64,000 bases of DNA from Alphaproteobacteria bacterium (lineage in GTDB: Bacteria > Pseudomonadota > Alphaproteobacteria > UBA828), in contig CBDCCI010000001.1 in NCBI GenBank assembly GCA_965214705.1, forward strand, positions 384,001 through 448,000. Direction: 5' to 3'. Below are positions 23,496-33,607 of the stretch, one piece after another. The notes beneath the pieces are model-generated. The model was not told the origin of the DNA. It made no database searches and was given only the letters and a program-made list of their open reading frames with translations. The position numbers were made by a program, and so were the translations under genes. Position 1 is the first letter of the stretch; the number at the start of each line of letters is the position of its first letter.

Positions 23496-24997
23496 GAGCC
23501 ACTTGCAAAACTCCCAGGCGCGGTCTGCTTTTCCCGAGAGCCCGGCGTGAGGACATTGACGGTCGGAACGTAACATGAACTTCGGGACGAGCGGACGTCG
23601 CTGGCTGCCGCCGGGGCGCCGATTCGCCGCAAACCGATGCCCATGCGGGCGCATTTTGGACCCGCCGTCGCGATGCGGACATGGCTTTTTGCGCCTCCGC
23701 GGAGGGAGGCGTGCCGGCGTGACAGCGACGGAGGCGCCGCTCAGGCCAGGAGGCGCATCAGCTGGTCGACCGTCAGCACCAGGATGCCGAACATCAGGTG
23801 GCAATGAACCTTGGCATGGCCGCGCACGCGGACATGGCGGCCCCCGCAGTTGTCCTTCAGCCCACCGTTGATGCGCTCGATGTTCGAGCGCTCGTTGTAG
23901 CGCTCGTCCGCCGGGTGGCGGTGACCGACGCCTCTCTGCGCCCTGGCCTCGCGCGCCAGCTCCTCCTTGTACTCCTTGTCGCGAGGGTTGACGTCGATGA
24001 TCGGGACGTGGCCCAGCAGGTAGCTGTGCCAGCCGATCTCGGGCGCGTCATAGGCTGAGTCCATGAGGTCGTACAGATTGGTGACGCGGTCGGCGGTCAT
24101 ACTCGCCAGCGGGATCGCGGCCTGGCTGTCGTGCAGCGAGGCGGACGTCAGGATGCAACTGATCGGAATGCCGCCATCGGCGGCGTCGATGTGCAGCTTG
24201 TAACCGATCCACGATGTGGTATGGCCCCTGGCGTTGCGCTTGGTGCCGACGTCGCAGGCTTTCGGCAGGTCGTCGAGCATCTGGGGCAAGCTCATCGTGA
24301 GCTGGCGTTTCACGCGGCGCTCCTCCTTGGGCCGCTCCTCGCCCTTGCGCGGGCGGCCGCGCTTGCGCTTCGGCTTCTCCGCCTTGGGCTTGGGCTGAGG
24401 CTTCTCGCGCGCCTCGATCGCCGTCGAGTCGCGCGAGACGTGCCCGACCAGATGGTCTCCGAGGGTCTGCTTGATCAGCGCCTCATGCACGCGAGCGGGC
24501 AACGCACTCTCGGAGAACTCCGCAAACGCCCGCGAAAACGTCGCCTCGCTCGGGATCTCTGCGGCATAGGTCCAGCCGCAGAGACGGCGTAGCGTCTTGT
24601 CGTTCTCAAGGCGCTCGATCAGGGCGCGCGTCGTGGGTACGTCGAACACCGCCTTGGCGATGAAGGCGCGGGCCAAGGCCGCCCGATCCTCGACCGGCCG
24701 ACCGGGCAGGCCATGGAAATGGGGAAGGAAGCTCTCGACCCGCGCAAGCTCAAGCACGGTGACGAAGCGCCGGTACCTCTCGCCGAGCGGCCCGAGCTCC
24801 TCCTCAAGCCACGGGAAAAGATCCGCTTGAATGTGATGCCAGAATCCGGATAGTGTCTGTCCCAGCGACATGGGGCCGCCCTCTCCGTCGACGTTGTCCG
24901 AAACCCGACAGGAACAGAGAGCGGTCCCGATTTCCAGGACAATCTGACCGCCACGGCGGCAAAATCCCGCTCAAATGCGGAATTTTGCAAGTGGCTC
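23496..24997 (-). mobile_element. IS5/IS1182-like element, copy 1 (1502 bp)
   Basis: IR GAGCCACTTGCAAAA at both ends, 4-bp DR ATGG, same length and transposase as 48634-50135. Confidence 0.88.
23741..24871 (-). CDS. DDE transposase (IS5/IS1182-like)
   Basis: PSEATFSR, SRDSTAI, WIGYKLH, LMDSAYD and RSNIERIN motifs. Confidence 0.9.
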   Translation of the reverse strand: MSLGQTLSGFWHHIQADLFPWLEEELGPLGERYRRFVTVLELARVESFLPHFHGLPGRPVEDRAALARAFIAKAVFDVPTTRALIERLENDKTLRRLCGWTYAAEIPSEATFSRAFAEFSESALPARVHEALIKQTLGDHLVGHVSRDSTAIEAREKPQPKPKAEKPKRKRGRPRKGEERPKEERRVKRQLTMSLPQMLDDLPKACDVGTKRNARGHTTSWIGYKLHIDAADGGIPISCILTSASLHDSQAAIPLASMTADRVTNLYDLMDSAYDAPEIGWHSYLLGHVPIIDVNPRDKEYKEELAREARAQRGVGHRHPADERYNERSNIERINGGLKDNCGGRHVRVRGHAKVHCHLMFGILVLTVDQLMRLLA

Positions 24998-25863
24998 ATG
25001 GGACCAGAGGAAATTCGTCGGGCCAGTTCCTGCGGATCGATCTCGCAACCTCGACAGCAAGTCGTCGGCGATTCTCACTGCTGCCGCCCCACCGGTCCCT
25101 TCTTTGGTTGGAAATCGGCGACAGAAACTGATGAATCAGAAACCCATGAGCCGCATAGACCTCAAGCACCCTGAAGCCTGCGTCGCGGGAGCGCCGCGCG
25201 GCGTCGCCAAACGACCCTACGACCCGCTGCACGTCGTCGTCGGACATTTCTGCCGGCTCCGGCCAACCCTCGGAATAGGGCATGGGAGACGGTGCAATCG
25301 CGGTCCAAGGGGCTTCATTTCGCTCCGACAGATCCTCAGCATCGACCGGCGTTTCTCCATGCCAGGGCCGCCGTTCGGATGCCTTTCTGCCAGCATGACC
25401 GAGCTGGATTCCCGGCACTGCTCCTTCACGCGAGAGGAAACTGGTCACCGGTCTCAGGTAATCAATCTGTGTGTCGCACCAGACCCCTAGGTCACCATGC
25501 GTGCGTCTGCCGTCCTTCTCGACGGCAGTGGCCTCGACAAAAACGAGCCCGGCTCCTCCCAGCGCGAAGCGGCCAAGATGAACAAGGTGCCAGTCATTCG
25601 CCTCCCCGTCCTTGGCGCGATACTGGCTCATGGGCGAGACGGCGATGCGGTTCTTGAACGTGACGTCGCGCAGCTTGAAAGGGGAGAAGAGAACAGACAT
25701 TACGATGGGACCATACTCGATGGGTTACCGTCAGACAGTCCGCACAACGTGGAGACGGTGCGGACGAAAGAGGCGCCGGATCGGCCGCCGCTAGCGGATA
25801 CAAGCCAAAGCCGGCGGGAGCTGGACAGGTTATGCTGCGGCACTCACACTGTCAGGCCCCCCG

Positions 25864-25972
25864 CGGTTCTAACTTACTGATATAGAGTTGCTTTTCTCCC
25901 TCCTGAGTTGGCCGGAGAAAACGGAATCGGTTCGTGTCTTCGCCCAGGCCGCAGCAGCAGGAGGGCAAATCT
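25864..25972 (+). repeat. Conserved integrase leader, homologous to 35093-35204, with IHF-like site
   Basis: CTAAcTTACTGAtATAGaGTTGCTTTT..CCTCCTG..TGGCCGGA..CGGAATC..TTCGCCC..CAGGAGG aligns with the minus-strand leader of the 33968-35092 integrase. Confidence 0.7.
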
Positions 25973-26536
25973 ATGACAGCGCTTCGTCTCAACCAAGCCT
26001 GGATTGATGCGTTCAAGCCCCACAAGTCGGCCTACGACGTTCGCGACCGAGACCTCAAGGGCTTTGGTGCAAGGGTCCTGCCCTCGGATGCCAAGCGATA
26101 CTTCAACCATAGCCAGCACAACTACCGGTGGGTCTGGAAGATCATCGGTCGAGCCCGAACCACGGGCATGGACTCGTGGTTCGGCGTCACCTTCTATCTG
26201 GACGAGCGGGCCATCCGTCACACGTTGCAAACCATCGCGGCGAAGATGGCCCCCGGTTCCGCGGTGATGTTCGACTACCTCTCCTACCTTGTACACACGC
26301 CCGCTCCCTGGCGCGGCCTGCAGCAACGCTGCGCGGACTTCACGGCACGGCGGGGAGAGCCCTGGTTATCCAGTTTCGATCCTGTGGAGATGACCGTGTT
26401 TCTCGAGGGCTTCGGCTATTCGGACATCGCCAACCTGGAACCGGACGAGATCGGCTGTCGGTACTTTTCCCGGCATCCCGAACTGGTCTATCCCCCCTTC
26501 GTGGGTTTCTGCCACGCGGCCACGCCGGCGAGCTGA
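25973..26536 (+). pseudogene. Chimeric ORF: integrase arm N-terminus fused in frame to the C-terminal half of a SAM-dependent (LCM-like) methyltransferase
   Basis: AYDVRDRDLKGFGARVLPS, followed after about 26160 by SWFGVTFYL...APGSAVMFDY...GEPWLSSF. Confidence 0.65.
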
Positions 26537-26788
26537 GGCCGTGCGGTGCTGGCTCTCAACTCTCCATGCAGGGACTGCGGAGGTAGCGCACGTCTGGGAC
26601 GGCGAAGAGGTGAATGTGACGAGCGCCTGCCCGGAGACGGCATCGCACCTCCTTGTAATGCTGCGGCTCGAGCGCTCGCGAAGTCGCCGGGGTAGCAGCG
26701 TCGGATACCGGTTGCGGCCTGCTTCCCCGATGTGGGGTTCGAGAGGATCATCCCAACTGCGATGGCGAACCCGCCGATGTCGGCATTG

Positions 26789-27265
26789 TCACGAGCGAAT
26801 CATCGCCGCCCGCATCTCTTTCCACCGGCGCGGGACGAGCTCCGAGGTCGTCGACCCAGCCGCTCCTGATAGTCGACGACCTCGGAGCTCGTCCCGCTGT
26901 CGTTGGGCGAGAGCCCGGTCGATTTCCACCTCGTCGAAGCCGCTTCGCCGGGCCATGACGTATTGATCTGCGAGGATGTGGCCTGTCGCACGCAGCCGAC
27001 CCCGGTAGCCCAGCAGCCGCAAATGGCGAGCCAGCGAGAAGCCTCGACCGTCCATGTGCGATGGGAAGGTAATGCGAATGAGGGCGATGCGCTCGAAGAG
27101 GGGCACGATGTCTTCGGCCGGCGCGGTGTTCTCGACGTCGAGCGTGGCCCGGTCAGGCAGAGCGGAATGGTCGTCCTCCCCTCTCCACCGGACAAATTCG
27201 CCGCGCCAGTCGTCGTCCTGAAACCCGCAGTCGCGGACGAGAATCCCGGGGCTTCCGCGTCCCAT
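26789..27265 (-). CDS. DUF934 family protein (cysI-associated), C-terminus altered by an inverted repeat
   Basis: FPSHMDGRGFSLARHLRLLGYRGRLRATGHILADQY..RRSGFDE motif. Confidence 0.8.
   Translation of the reverse strand: MGRGSPGILVRDCGFQDDDWRGEFVRWRGEDDHSALPDRATLDVENTAPAEDIVPLFERIALIRITFPSHMDGRGFSLARHLRLLGYRGRLRATGHILADQYVMARRSGFDEVEIDRALAQRQRDELRGRRLSGAAGSTTSELVPRRWKEMRAAMIRS
26830..26897. repeat. Perfect 26-bp inverted repeat with 16-nt spacer
   Basis: GCGGGACGAGCTCCGAGGTCGTCGAC (26830-26855) and its reverse complement (26872-26897). Confidence 0.9.
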
Positions 27266-27267
27266 AC

Positions 27268-27590
27268 CTAGCCTCCTGCGGCCGAGATGTCGGGATAGAG
27301 CGCCGCCTTGAAGGGCTGCATGCCGACGCGTCGGTAGGTCGCGAGAAAGACTTCGTCTTCATCCGACCGCAGCTCGAGGTAAGCGTCGATCAGGCGCTCC
27401 ACGGCAGGGACGACGTCATCTGCGGCAAAGCCAGGGCCTGTGCGTTGGCCGAGTGCGGCGGTCTCCGTTCCGTCGCCTCCAAGGGTGATCTGGTAGTTCT
27501 CGGCACCGGCACGATCGAGGCCGAGAACGCCGATGTGGCCGACATGGTGATGTCCGCACGCATTGATGCAGCCGGAAATCTTGATCTTGA
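27268..27590 (-). pseudogene. cysI: Sulfite/nitrite reductase hemoprotein, C-terminal fragment
   Basis: Manual translation KIKISGCINACGHHHVGHIGVLGLDRAGAENYQITLGG. The 5' part is absent. Confidence 0.85.
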
Positions 27591-29686
27591 CCCATCTTTG
27601 CCATTTTGGCGCGCGCCTGCGACCTAAGTAGTTGCGATGATGGGCTGATTTTCTGGCCCATCTGGGATTATGGCACTACGTTTGTGCGCTCATCGCGACA
27701 CTCCCGGGAGCACCGCCCGGCGCCTGTGGGGATCCACCGTGAGGCCCGCCGCCTGCGCGATGACGCGCGCCTCGGCGTCGGGTTGAGCATCCTGGCGGAT
27801 GACGATGCGGTTTCCGTCCACCTCCCGGATGGTGGAGGTGAGACGCACCCAGCCCGCGAGCTTGTCGCGGATCGTACTCCAGCGGTCATGCAAGCCGTGC
27901 GCCGCCAGACGGGTTCGCAGCAGATGAACCGCGTGGTAGGCGAGGACGGCGATGAACAGGTGGGCGGCGATGCGCGAGGTCTTGGAGTGCCAGACCGGGC
28001 GCAGGCCGATTTCGGATTTCAGGCTGCGGAAGGTGGCCTCGAGCTCTGTGAGCTTCCAGTAGGTTCGGACCACGGTTTCAAGATCCCACTCGACGTGGCT
28101 GGTGCGCAGCACATAGATGCCCGCTTGGCGGTCGCGCTCGGCATGGAGAGCGTTGCGCCTCCAGCGGACCGCACTGGCCCGCCCCTTCTCTCCGGGCTCG
28201 ACCTCGATGTCGTACTGACGGTGGACGCGCCTGTACCTTTCCTTCAGCCGGCCCAGCTTCTCCATCACCTTGGTGAACTGCTTGATGTGGTTCTTCTTCG
28301 ACAGCCCGCCATGCAGGGCGCGCAGGGCGTCCTCGAAGTTGTGACGCTGACGGGCGAGCACGGCCTCGTCCTTCTGCTGGCGCTCATGGCTCCAGACGCA
28401 CAGGTGCGCTTCGTCGTCCCCTGCCGCGAGACGCCAGGCGCGGGCATCGTGGCCGGCCCGGGTTTCGAAGGCGGCATCGGCTTCGCGCCCGGGCGGCGCC
28501 GAGACGCCGCGGCGAACGGTGATCCAGTGATAGCCGCCCGCCCGCAGCCAGGCGAGGTTGGCCTCGGTGGAGATGCCGGCGTCCATGATGACCGTGGGCC
28601 TGGGGGCGTTGCTGCCGCGCGCTTGGCATTCCAGCCGCCCGATGGCGTCGGCGAGAGTGGCCGGCTCGGAGATGTTGCCGGGCAGGATCTCGCTGTGCTG
28701 CGGAAAGCCGGCCTGGTTCAGCGACAGGGCCAGGGTCACGATCGGACAATCGTCACGCCTCTGCTTCGAGCGCCCGAAGCGGGCCAGCGCGGAGCTGGGC
28801 CGTCCGGTCATATGGGTGTTGGTCAGGTCGAAGAAGACGATGGTGTCGGGGATGCCGAAGAGATCGCGCTCCCGGGCGCACAGCGCCTCTTCAAGCGCCG
28901 CGCGGTGACGCCACAAGAGGTCGCCGATGCGGTAGAGCTTGCTGAGCGTGAGCGACTTGCCGCTGTCGACATCGAGCAACTCCAGGGTCGCGCTGTTCGC
29001 GCTCAGCCAGCGGAAGGCCTCGCGCTCGCTGGAGGGATGGATCATGCGCGCGACCACCAGTGCCGCCGCGATGCGTGCGTCGCGCTCACTTGCGCCCAGC
29101 CTCTCCAGCGTCTCGATGAAGCGAAGGTCGTCAAGCGCGGCGAGAGCCAGGCGCTCGCAGCCCACCGAGCGGACCTGTTCGTGGGAGAGGCTATCGAGAC
29201 GGACCGTGGCCAGGTCGCTCTCGTCCCCGGGCCGCGACGCGCCGAGATCGCGGGCGTGAAGCCGCCGTACGACGTCCTCGGCGACGGGGCGCAAGGCGGC
29301 ATCCGGCTCCAGCAGCGGCTCGCTGCCGGCGAGAAGGGTTTCGATCAGAAGCGCCAATTCGCGCCATTGCTCCTCGGGCACACCGAAGTCGGCGCCGAGA
29401 TTGAGGAGCGTGACCTGGCGCACCCTTCCGCCGATGCGTTCGCTGCGCACGAGGCGGTAGGTGGCATAGCGCTCGCCACCGTCTCCGCGACCGGTGAGGG
29501 TTTTGCGAATGAACATGGCGGCAGGGTCACGGACAGTTTGCGGACTGTCAAGGAGCGCCGGCCCACAGACCAAAGATTATGGCACTACAATGGACTTCCC
29601 AAAACACAATCCAACAAAATCAGTGCCTTAGATCCCAAAGGCTACCCAAAATCAGGCCTTCGGGACCGAAAAGTGGCAAAGATGGG
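27591..29686 (-). mobile_element. IS1634-family element, copy 2 (inverted, nearly identical to copy 1)
   Basis: Same IRs as copy 1 and 4-bp DR TTGA. Confidence 0.9.
27690..29516 (-). CDS. IS1634 transposase
   Basis: Protein identical to that of 21571-23397. Confidence 0.92.
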   Translation of the reverse strand: MFIRKTLTGRGDGGERYATYRLVRSERIGGRVRQVTLLNLGADFGVPEEQWRELALLIETLLAGSEPLLEPDAALRPVAEDVVRRLHARDLGASRPGDESDLATVRLDSLSHEQVRSVGCERLALAALDDLRFIETLERLGASERDARIAAALVVARMIHPSSEREAFRWLSANSATLELLDVDSGKSLTLSKLYRIGDLLWRHRAALEEALCARERDLFGIPDTIVFFDLTNTHMTGRPSSALARFGRSKQRRDDCPIVTLALSLNQAGFPQHSEILPGNISEPATLADAIGRLECQARGSNAPRPTVIMDAGISTEANLAWLRAGGYHWITVRRGVSAPPGREADAAFETRAGHDARAWRLAAGDDEAHLCVWSHERQQKDEAVLARQRHNFEDALRALHGGLSKKNHIKQFTKVMEKLGRLKERYRRVHRQYDIEVEPGEKGRASAVRWRRNALHAERDRQAGIYVLRTSHVEWDLETVVRTYWKLTELEATFRSLKSEIGLRPVWHSKTSRIAAHLFIAVLAYHAVHLLRTRLAAHGLHDRWSTIRDKLAGWVRLTSTIREVDGNRIVIRQDAQPDAEARVIAQAAGLTVDPHRRRAVLPGVSR

Positions 29687-29689
29687 TTG

Positions 29690-30447
29690 ACCTGGCCAGG
29701 TACTACGACGCCTCGCCGGACGAGCTCGACGCCGAGCAGGTGCGCCAGTGGTACCTGGGGCGGATCGACAAGGGGCTCAGTCCGGGCACGACCAACGTCT
29801 CCTTCGCCGCGCTGAACTTCCTCTACATCGACACACTCGGCTGGCCTGACCATGTCGCCGGCCTGCGCTCCCGCAAGAAGCCCGGCAAGCTGCCGCGCTA
29901 CATGTCGGAGCAGGAGGTCGAGCACCTCATCCTTGCGACACCCGACCTCCGCCACCGTGCTGCCATTGTCACCGGCTATGGCGGCGGGCTCCGCATCTCC
30001 GAGACCTTGGCCATCAAGGTCGGCGACATCCTGTCGGAGAAGAAGCTGCTGCACATCCCCTCCGGCAAAGGCGGCACCGAGAGAATGGCACCGTTGCCGG
30101 ACATCGTCATCCACTACTTGCGCGTCTACTACAGGAACATCTGGCCGCGTCCGACGAACTGGCTCTTCTACGGCGTCTCGCTCGACAGGCCCATCGCAAC
30201 GGAGACCTTGCAGGCCGCCTTCAGGAGGGCGCGCGACATTGCCGAGCTCGACCGCAGCTACACCTTCCATTGCCTGCGCCATTCGGCGGCGACCCATCTC
30301 CTCGAGCGCGGCGGCGATATCGAGGTGATCCGGGACATGCTCGGCCATCGAAGCGCGAACACGACCCGTCACTACGCCCGCGTCACCGGCAAGATGTTCG
30401 AGGGCCTCGACCACCCGATCTCAGGCTTCGCAGCGTTGCGCAACTGA
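29690..30447 (+). pseudogene. Tyrosine recombinase of an integrase+IS91-type element, 5'-truncated
   Basis: DLARYYDASPDEL, YGGGLRISE, GKGG, HCLRHSAATHLLE, LGH and TRHY motifs. Confidence 0.85.
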
Positions 30448-30643
30448 CGGCGCGTGGAGGCCGAACGCGCGGGCGTGGCGGAGATCTTCCGCCGCGCCGG
30501 CGCCGCTTTCCGTGAGCGCCACAAAGGGCGCATCGACGCCGCCCGGCTCAAGGTCATGGGCGCCATCGAGGCGTGCCGCACCGCCGTGCTCGGCGGCCAC
30601 ATGTACGCCTGCGAGGGCTGCGGGCGCGAGCATCCGCTCTTCA

Positions 30644-32293
30644 GATACCATGAGCACGGTGGCACCGAATCGATTCTGGCGGTTAGACAAGCTCGGAGAG
30701 AAGGCCAGCACCTTCTCTCCGAGCGGAATCGTCAACAACGGAGTGGACGGATGTCGGATGGTCCAGACACGACCGCGCTGACAGGCGCAAGTAGTAGCAC
30801 GATTTATGTCGCGGTGGAGATCAGCCTCAAATCGTGGATCGTTGGCGTGCATTGCCCGGATGCCTCGGGTGGCAGCATCAGCATCCACACACTGGCTGCT
30901 GCCGACACGGCGGGACTGTTGGATCTCGTCGGGTCGGTGCGGGAACGGGTGGCGAGGGAGCTCGGCGCCCGTCCTCGGGTGATGCTGACCTACGAGGCGG
31001 GCTACGAGGGGTTCTGGCTTGCCCGCGATATCGAGCGCCGTGACGCGGAGATCGATATCTTCATGAACGATCCGGCGAGCCTGCGGGTGAACCGGCGCGC
31101 CAAGAAGAAAAAGACCGACCGTATCGACGCGAGGAGGATGGTTCGGGCTCTGAAGGCATGGGACCAAGGCGATTCGGAGGCCATGTCCTGGGTGCGCGTG
31201 CCCGATGTGGACCAGGAGGATGCCAAGCGCCTGCTGCGCGAGAGGGACACGCTGATCAGCGAGCGTACCCGCGTCAACAACCGGATCAAAGGGCTCTTGC
31301 AGTTGCACGGCATCTTCGATCTGGCGCCGCGCAAGCCGGACTTCCTCGAACGCCTCGCGACCGCGCGGACGGGCTATGGGGCGCCGTTGCCGCCGCGTGC
31401 GCGGGCAGAGATTGAGAGGGCGGTGGGGATGCTTCGCCTGGTTGAGGAGCATATCGAGATGATCGAGGCCGAGAAGAGGGCCCTGCTGAAGGCTGGCCGG
31501 AAAGCCCAGGACGCGACCAATCGTGACGGGACGGCGATGATCGCGGCGCTTACGCGCATCCATGGCATCGGCCTCAATGACGCCACACTGCTGGCTGGCG
31601 AGGTGTTCTATCGGGACTTCCGCAATCGCCGGGAGTTGGGCAGCTGGGCCGGGTTGACGTCGGTGCCGTGGGCGAGCGGAGATGTCGACCACGATCTTGG
31701 CATCAGCAAGGCCGGCCCCTCGCATGTCAGGAAGCACATGATCCAGATGGCTTGGCGCTGGCTGAAGCTGCAACCGGAAAGCGCGATCACGAAGTGGTTC
31801 CACGCCTACGTCGCCAGGGATGCCGGTGGCGGGAGGGACCGGCGAGCGAGGAAGCGGGCGATCGTGGGGGTCGCGCGCAAGCTGCTGATCGCGCTGTGGC
31901 GCTATGCCACCCAAGGACTGGTGCCTGAGGGCGCCATCGTCTCCTGAGGGCACCGGCCGAACGAACGGGAAAATACAGGAGGTTCCGACGTGGTCGGACG
32001 CGGCCGCGGAGGATGCCGGGCAAGGCGTGTGACCGGGCAAGAGTTGGGTCGCCGCTTGGCACCGTTCTACAGATGGGTCCCGCCTCCCGGAACGTCACCA
32101 CCGCTTGGATGCGGTATTGGGGTCACGGAGCCGGCAAGCGCCGGAGTTCCGAACCGGATAAGAGCTGAGCAGCGTGGCGGATCGCTGCGTGGAAACGACG
32201 TTCTGCCTGGACATCGGCCGCGGATTCGAGTGGAGAGATTGCGAATGCCATTGACGTAGATGAAGCCGGGCCTTGCGGAGAGAGCTCATAAGA
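30644..32293 (+). mobile_element. IS110-family, IS1111-type element
   Basis: Subterminal IR ATGAGC (30650) / GCTCAT (32284), and a roughly 340-nt downstream noncoding end. Boundaries are ±2 nt. Confidence 0.8.
30751..31947 (+). CDS. IS110/IS1111 recombinase
   Basis: YEAGYEGFWL, KTDRIDA, WAGLTSVPWASG, GISKAG and AIVGVARKLL motifs. Confidence 0.92.
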   Translation: MSDGPDTTALTGASSSTIYVAVEISLKSWIVGVHCPDASGGSISIHTLAAADTAGLLDLVGSVRERVARELGARPRVMLTYEAGYEGFWLARDIERRDAEIDIFMNDPASLRVNRRAKKKKTDRIDARRMVRALKAWDQGDSEAMSWVRVPDVDQEDAKRLLRERDTLISERTRVNNRIKGLLQLHGIFDLAPRKPDFLERLATARTGYGAPLPPRARAEIERAVGMLRLVEEHIEMIEAEKRALLKAGRKAQDATNRDGTAMIAALTRIHGIGLNDATLLAGEVFYRDFRNRRELGSWAGLTSVPWASGDVDHDLGISKAGPSHVRKHMIQMAWRWLKLQPESAITKWFHAYVARDAGGGRDRRARKRAIVGVARKLLIALWRYATQGLVPEGAIVS

Positions 32294-33607
32294 ACTCCTG
32301 CCGCAACCGCCACTGCCCCACCTGCCAGGGTCTCGCCGCCAACCTCTGGAGCGAGGAGCGCGCCGGGGACATCCTGCCGGTGCCCTACTTCCATGTGGTC
32401 TTCACCCTGCCCAAGGAGGTTGCCGCCATTGCCTTCTGCAACCGCAGGGTGGTGTTCGACATCCTCTTCCGGGCCGTCGCCGAGACCCTGCGCACCATCG
32501 CCGCCGATCCCCGCCACGGCGGCATGCGCATCGGCGGCACCGCGGTCCTCCATACCTGGGATCAGAAGCTCCGCTTCCACCCGCACCTGCACGTGGTCGT
32601 GCCCAACGCGGGCTTCGACGTAGACAGTGGCGAGTGGAAGACGGGGAGCACCACCTTCCTCGCCCCCGTCAAGGTCCTCGGCAGCCTGTTCCGCCGCCTC
32701 TTCCTCAAGGAGCTCGCCCGCGCCCACGGCCGGGGGGACCTGGAGTTCCACGGCACCCTCGCCCACCTCGCCAATCCCGGCGAGTTCCACGCCACGCTTG
32801 CCGCCGCCCGGGCCAGGGACTGGGTGGTCTACGCCAAGCGGCCCTTCCGCGGGCCTGAGCAGGTCTTCCGGTACCTCTCGCACTACACGCACAGGATCGC
32901 CATCTCCGACAGCCGCATCGTCTCCTTCGACGGCGAGACGGTCTCCTTCCGCCACCGAAAGCCCAAGGCGCCGGGGCAGAGAAAGCCGCGCTACGGCATC
33001 GCCACCGTGAGCGCCGACGAGTTCATCCGCCGCTTCCTGAGGCACGTCCTGCCGGACGGCATGCACCGCATTCGCTACTTCGGCATCCTCGCCAACGGCT
33101 GCCGCGCCAGCACGCTGGAGAGAGCACGCCAGGCTCTCGGCGCCCTCGGCTGCGCCGCCCCCGAGGGAAGCGTGGACGGCGCTCAGGCCGAGCCCGACGA
33201 AGAGCCCGAGATCGGCACCGCGCCCGTGGCCTGCCCCCACTGCGGCGGCGTCATGCGCCTCGTCCGCGAAATCCGCCGCCGCCATGAGCCCCGCTCGACG
33301 CGCGGCCCGCCGGCGCTGCCGCCGACCCACAGGGGGAAACCGTGAGACGCCCGCTCGCTTCGGCCCCGCGCAACGGCGCCAAAGCGCCGACGCACGACCG
33401 AACCTGTCTCCGCTTGAGCCGGGCTGACAGCCCTCGGCTCACACCCCGCTCAGTCCTCGCAGCGTGCGCCCGCATGCCTGCCGAAAGACCGGCGCGAGCG
33501 TCGATTTTATGCGCAACTCTGCTGCCGGTGGATGCCGCCTGACGCTGACATCAGCGCACTTTCCACATAGCTCAACTTCGCCTCTCGTGGCCCGCGGCTT
33601 CGTTCAA

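Larger units (their letters stand above)
21401..25002 (+). mobile_element. IS1634-family element, copy 1 (right IR interrupted by an IS5/IS1182-like element)
   Basis: IR CCCATCTTTGCCA / TGGCAAAGATGGG and 4-bp DR ACCA. Confidence 0.88.
19215..25700 (-). pseudogene. NADH:flavin oxidoreductase (Old Yellow Enzyme, YqjM-like) broken into three pieces: 25700-25003, 21400-21349, 19618-19215
   Basis: KNRIAVSPMSQY and AHGFLIHQFLSPISNQRRD motifs. Pieces rejoin as FPLV|FRLSATDWLDGGIQLE|DTIETARALLAEGVDMIDCSSGG...ARELLDDPNWP. Confidence 0.9.
30454..33345 (+). pseudogene. IS91-family (Y2, Zn-binding) transposase interrupted by IS1111; segments 30454-30643 and 32294-33345
   Basis: CRTAVLGGH..CEGC..PLF|NSCRNRHCPTCQ, YFHVVFTLP, HTW, HPHLH, YLSHYTHRIAI and RIRYFG motifs. 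Confidence 0.9.

Noticed and set aside
21401-29686. Composite transposon or inversion bounded by the inverted IS1634 copies
   Set aside because: Each copy has its own matching target duplication (ACCA and TTGA), indicating independent insertions without inversion.
21307-29690. Long antisense ORFs (791 aa, 694 aa; similarly 783-2369, 43102-45000, 56636-58870)
   Set aside because: These are shadow frames of GC-rich genes with no recognisable motifs.
30454-31947. 497-aa Zn-finger::IS110 fusion protein
   Set aside because: It is a fortuitous in-frame read-through from the interrupted IS91 transposase into the IS1111 left end.
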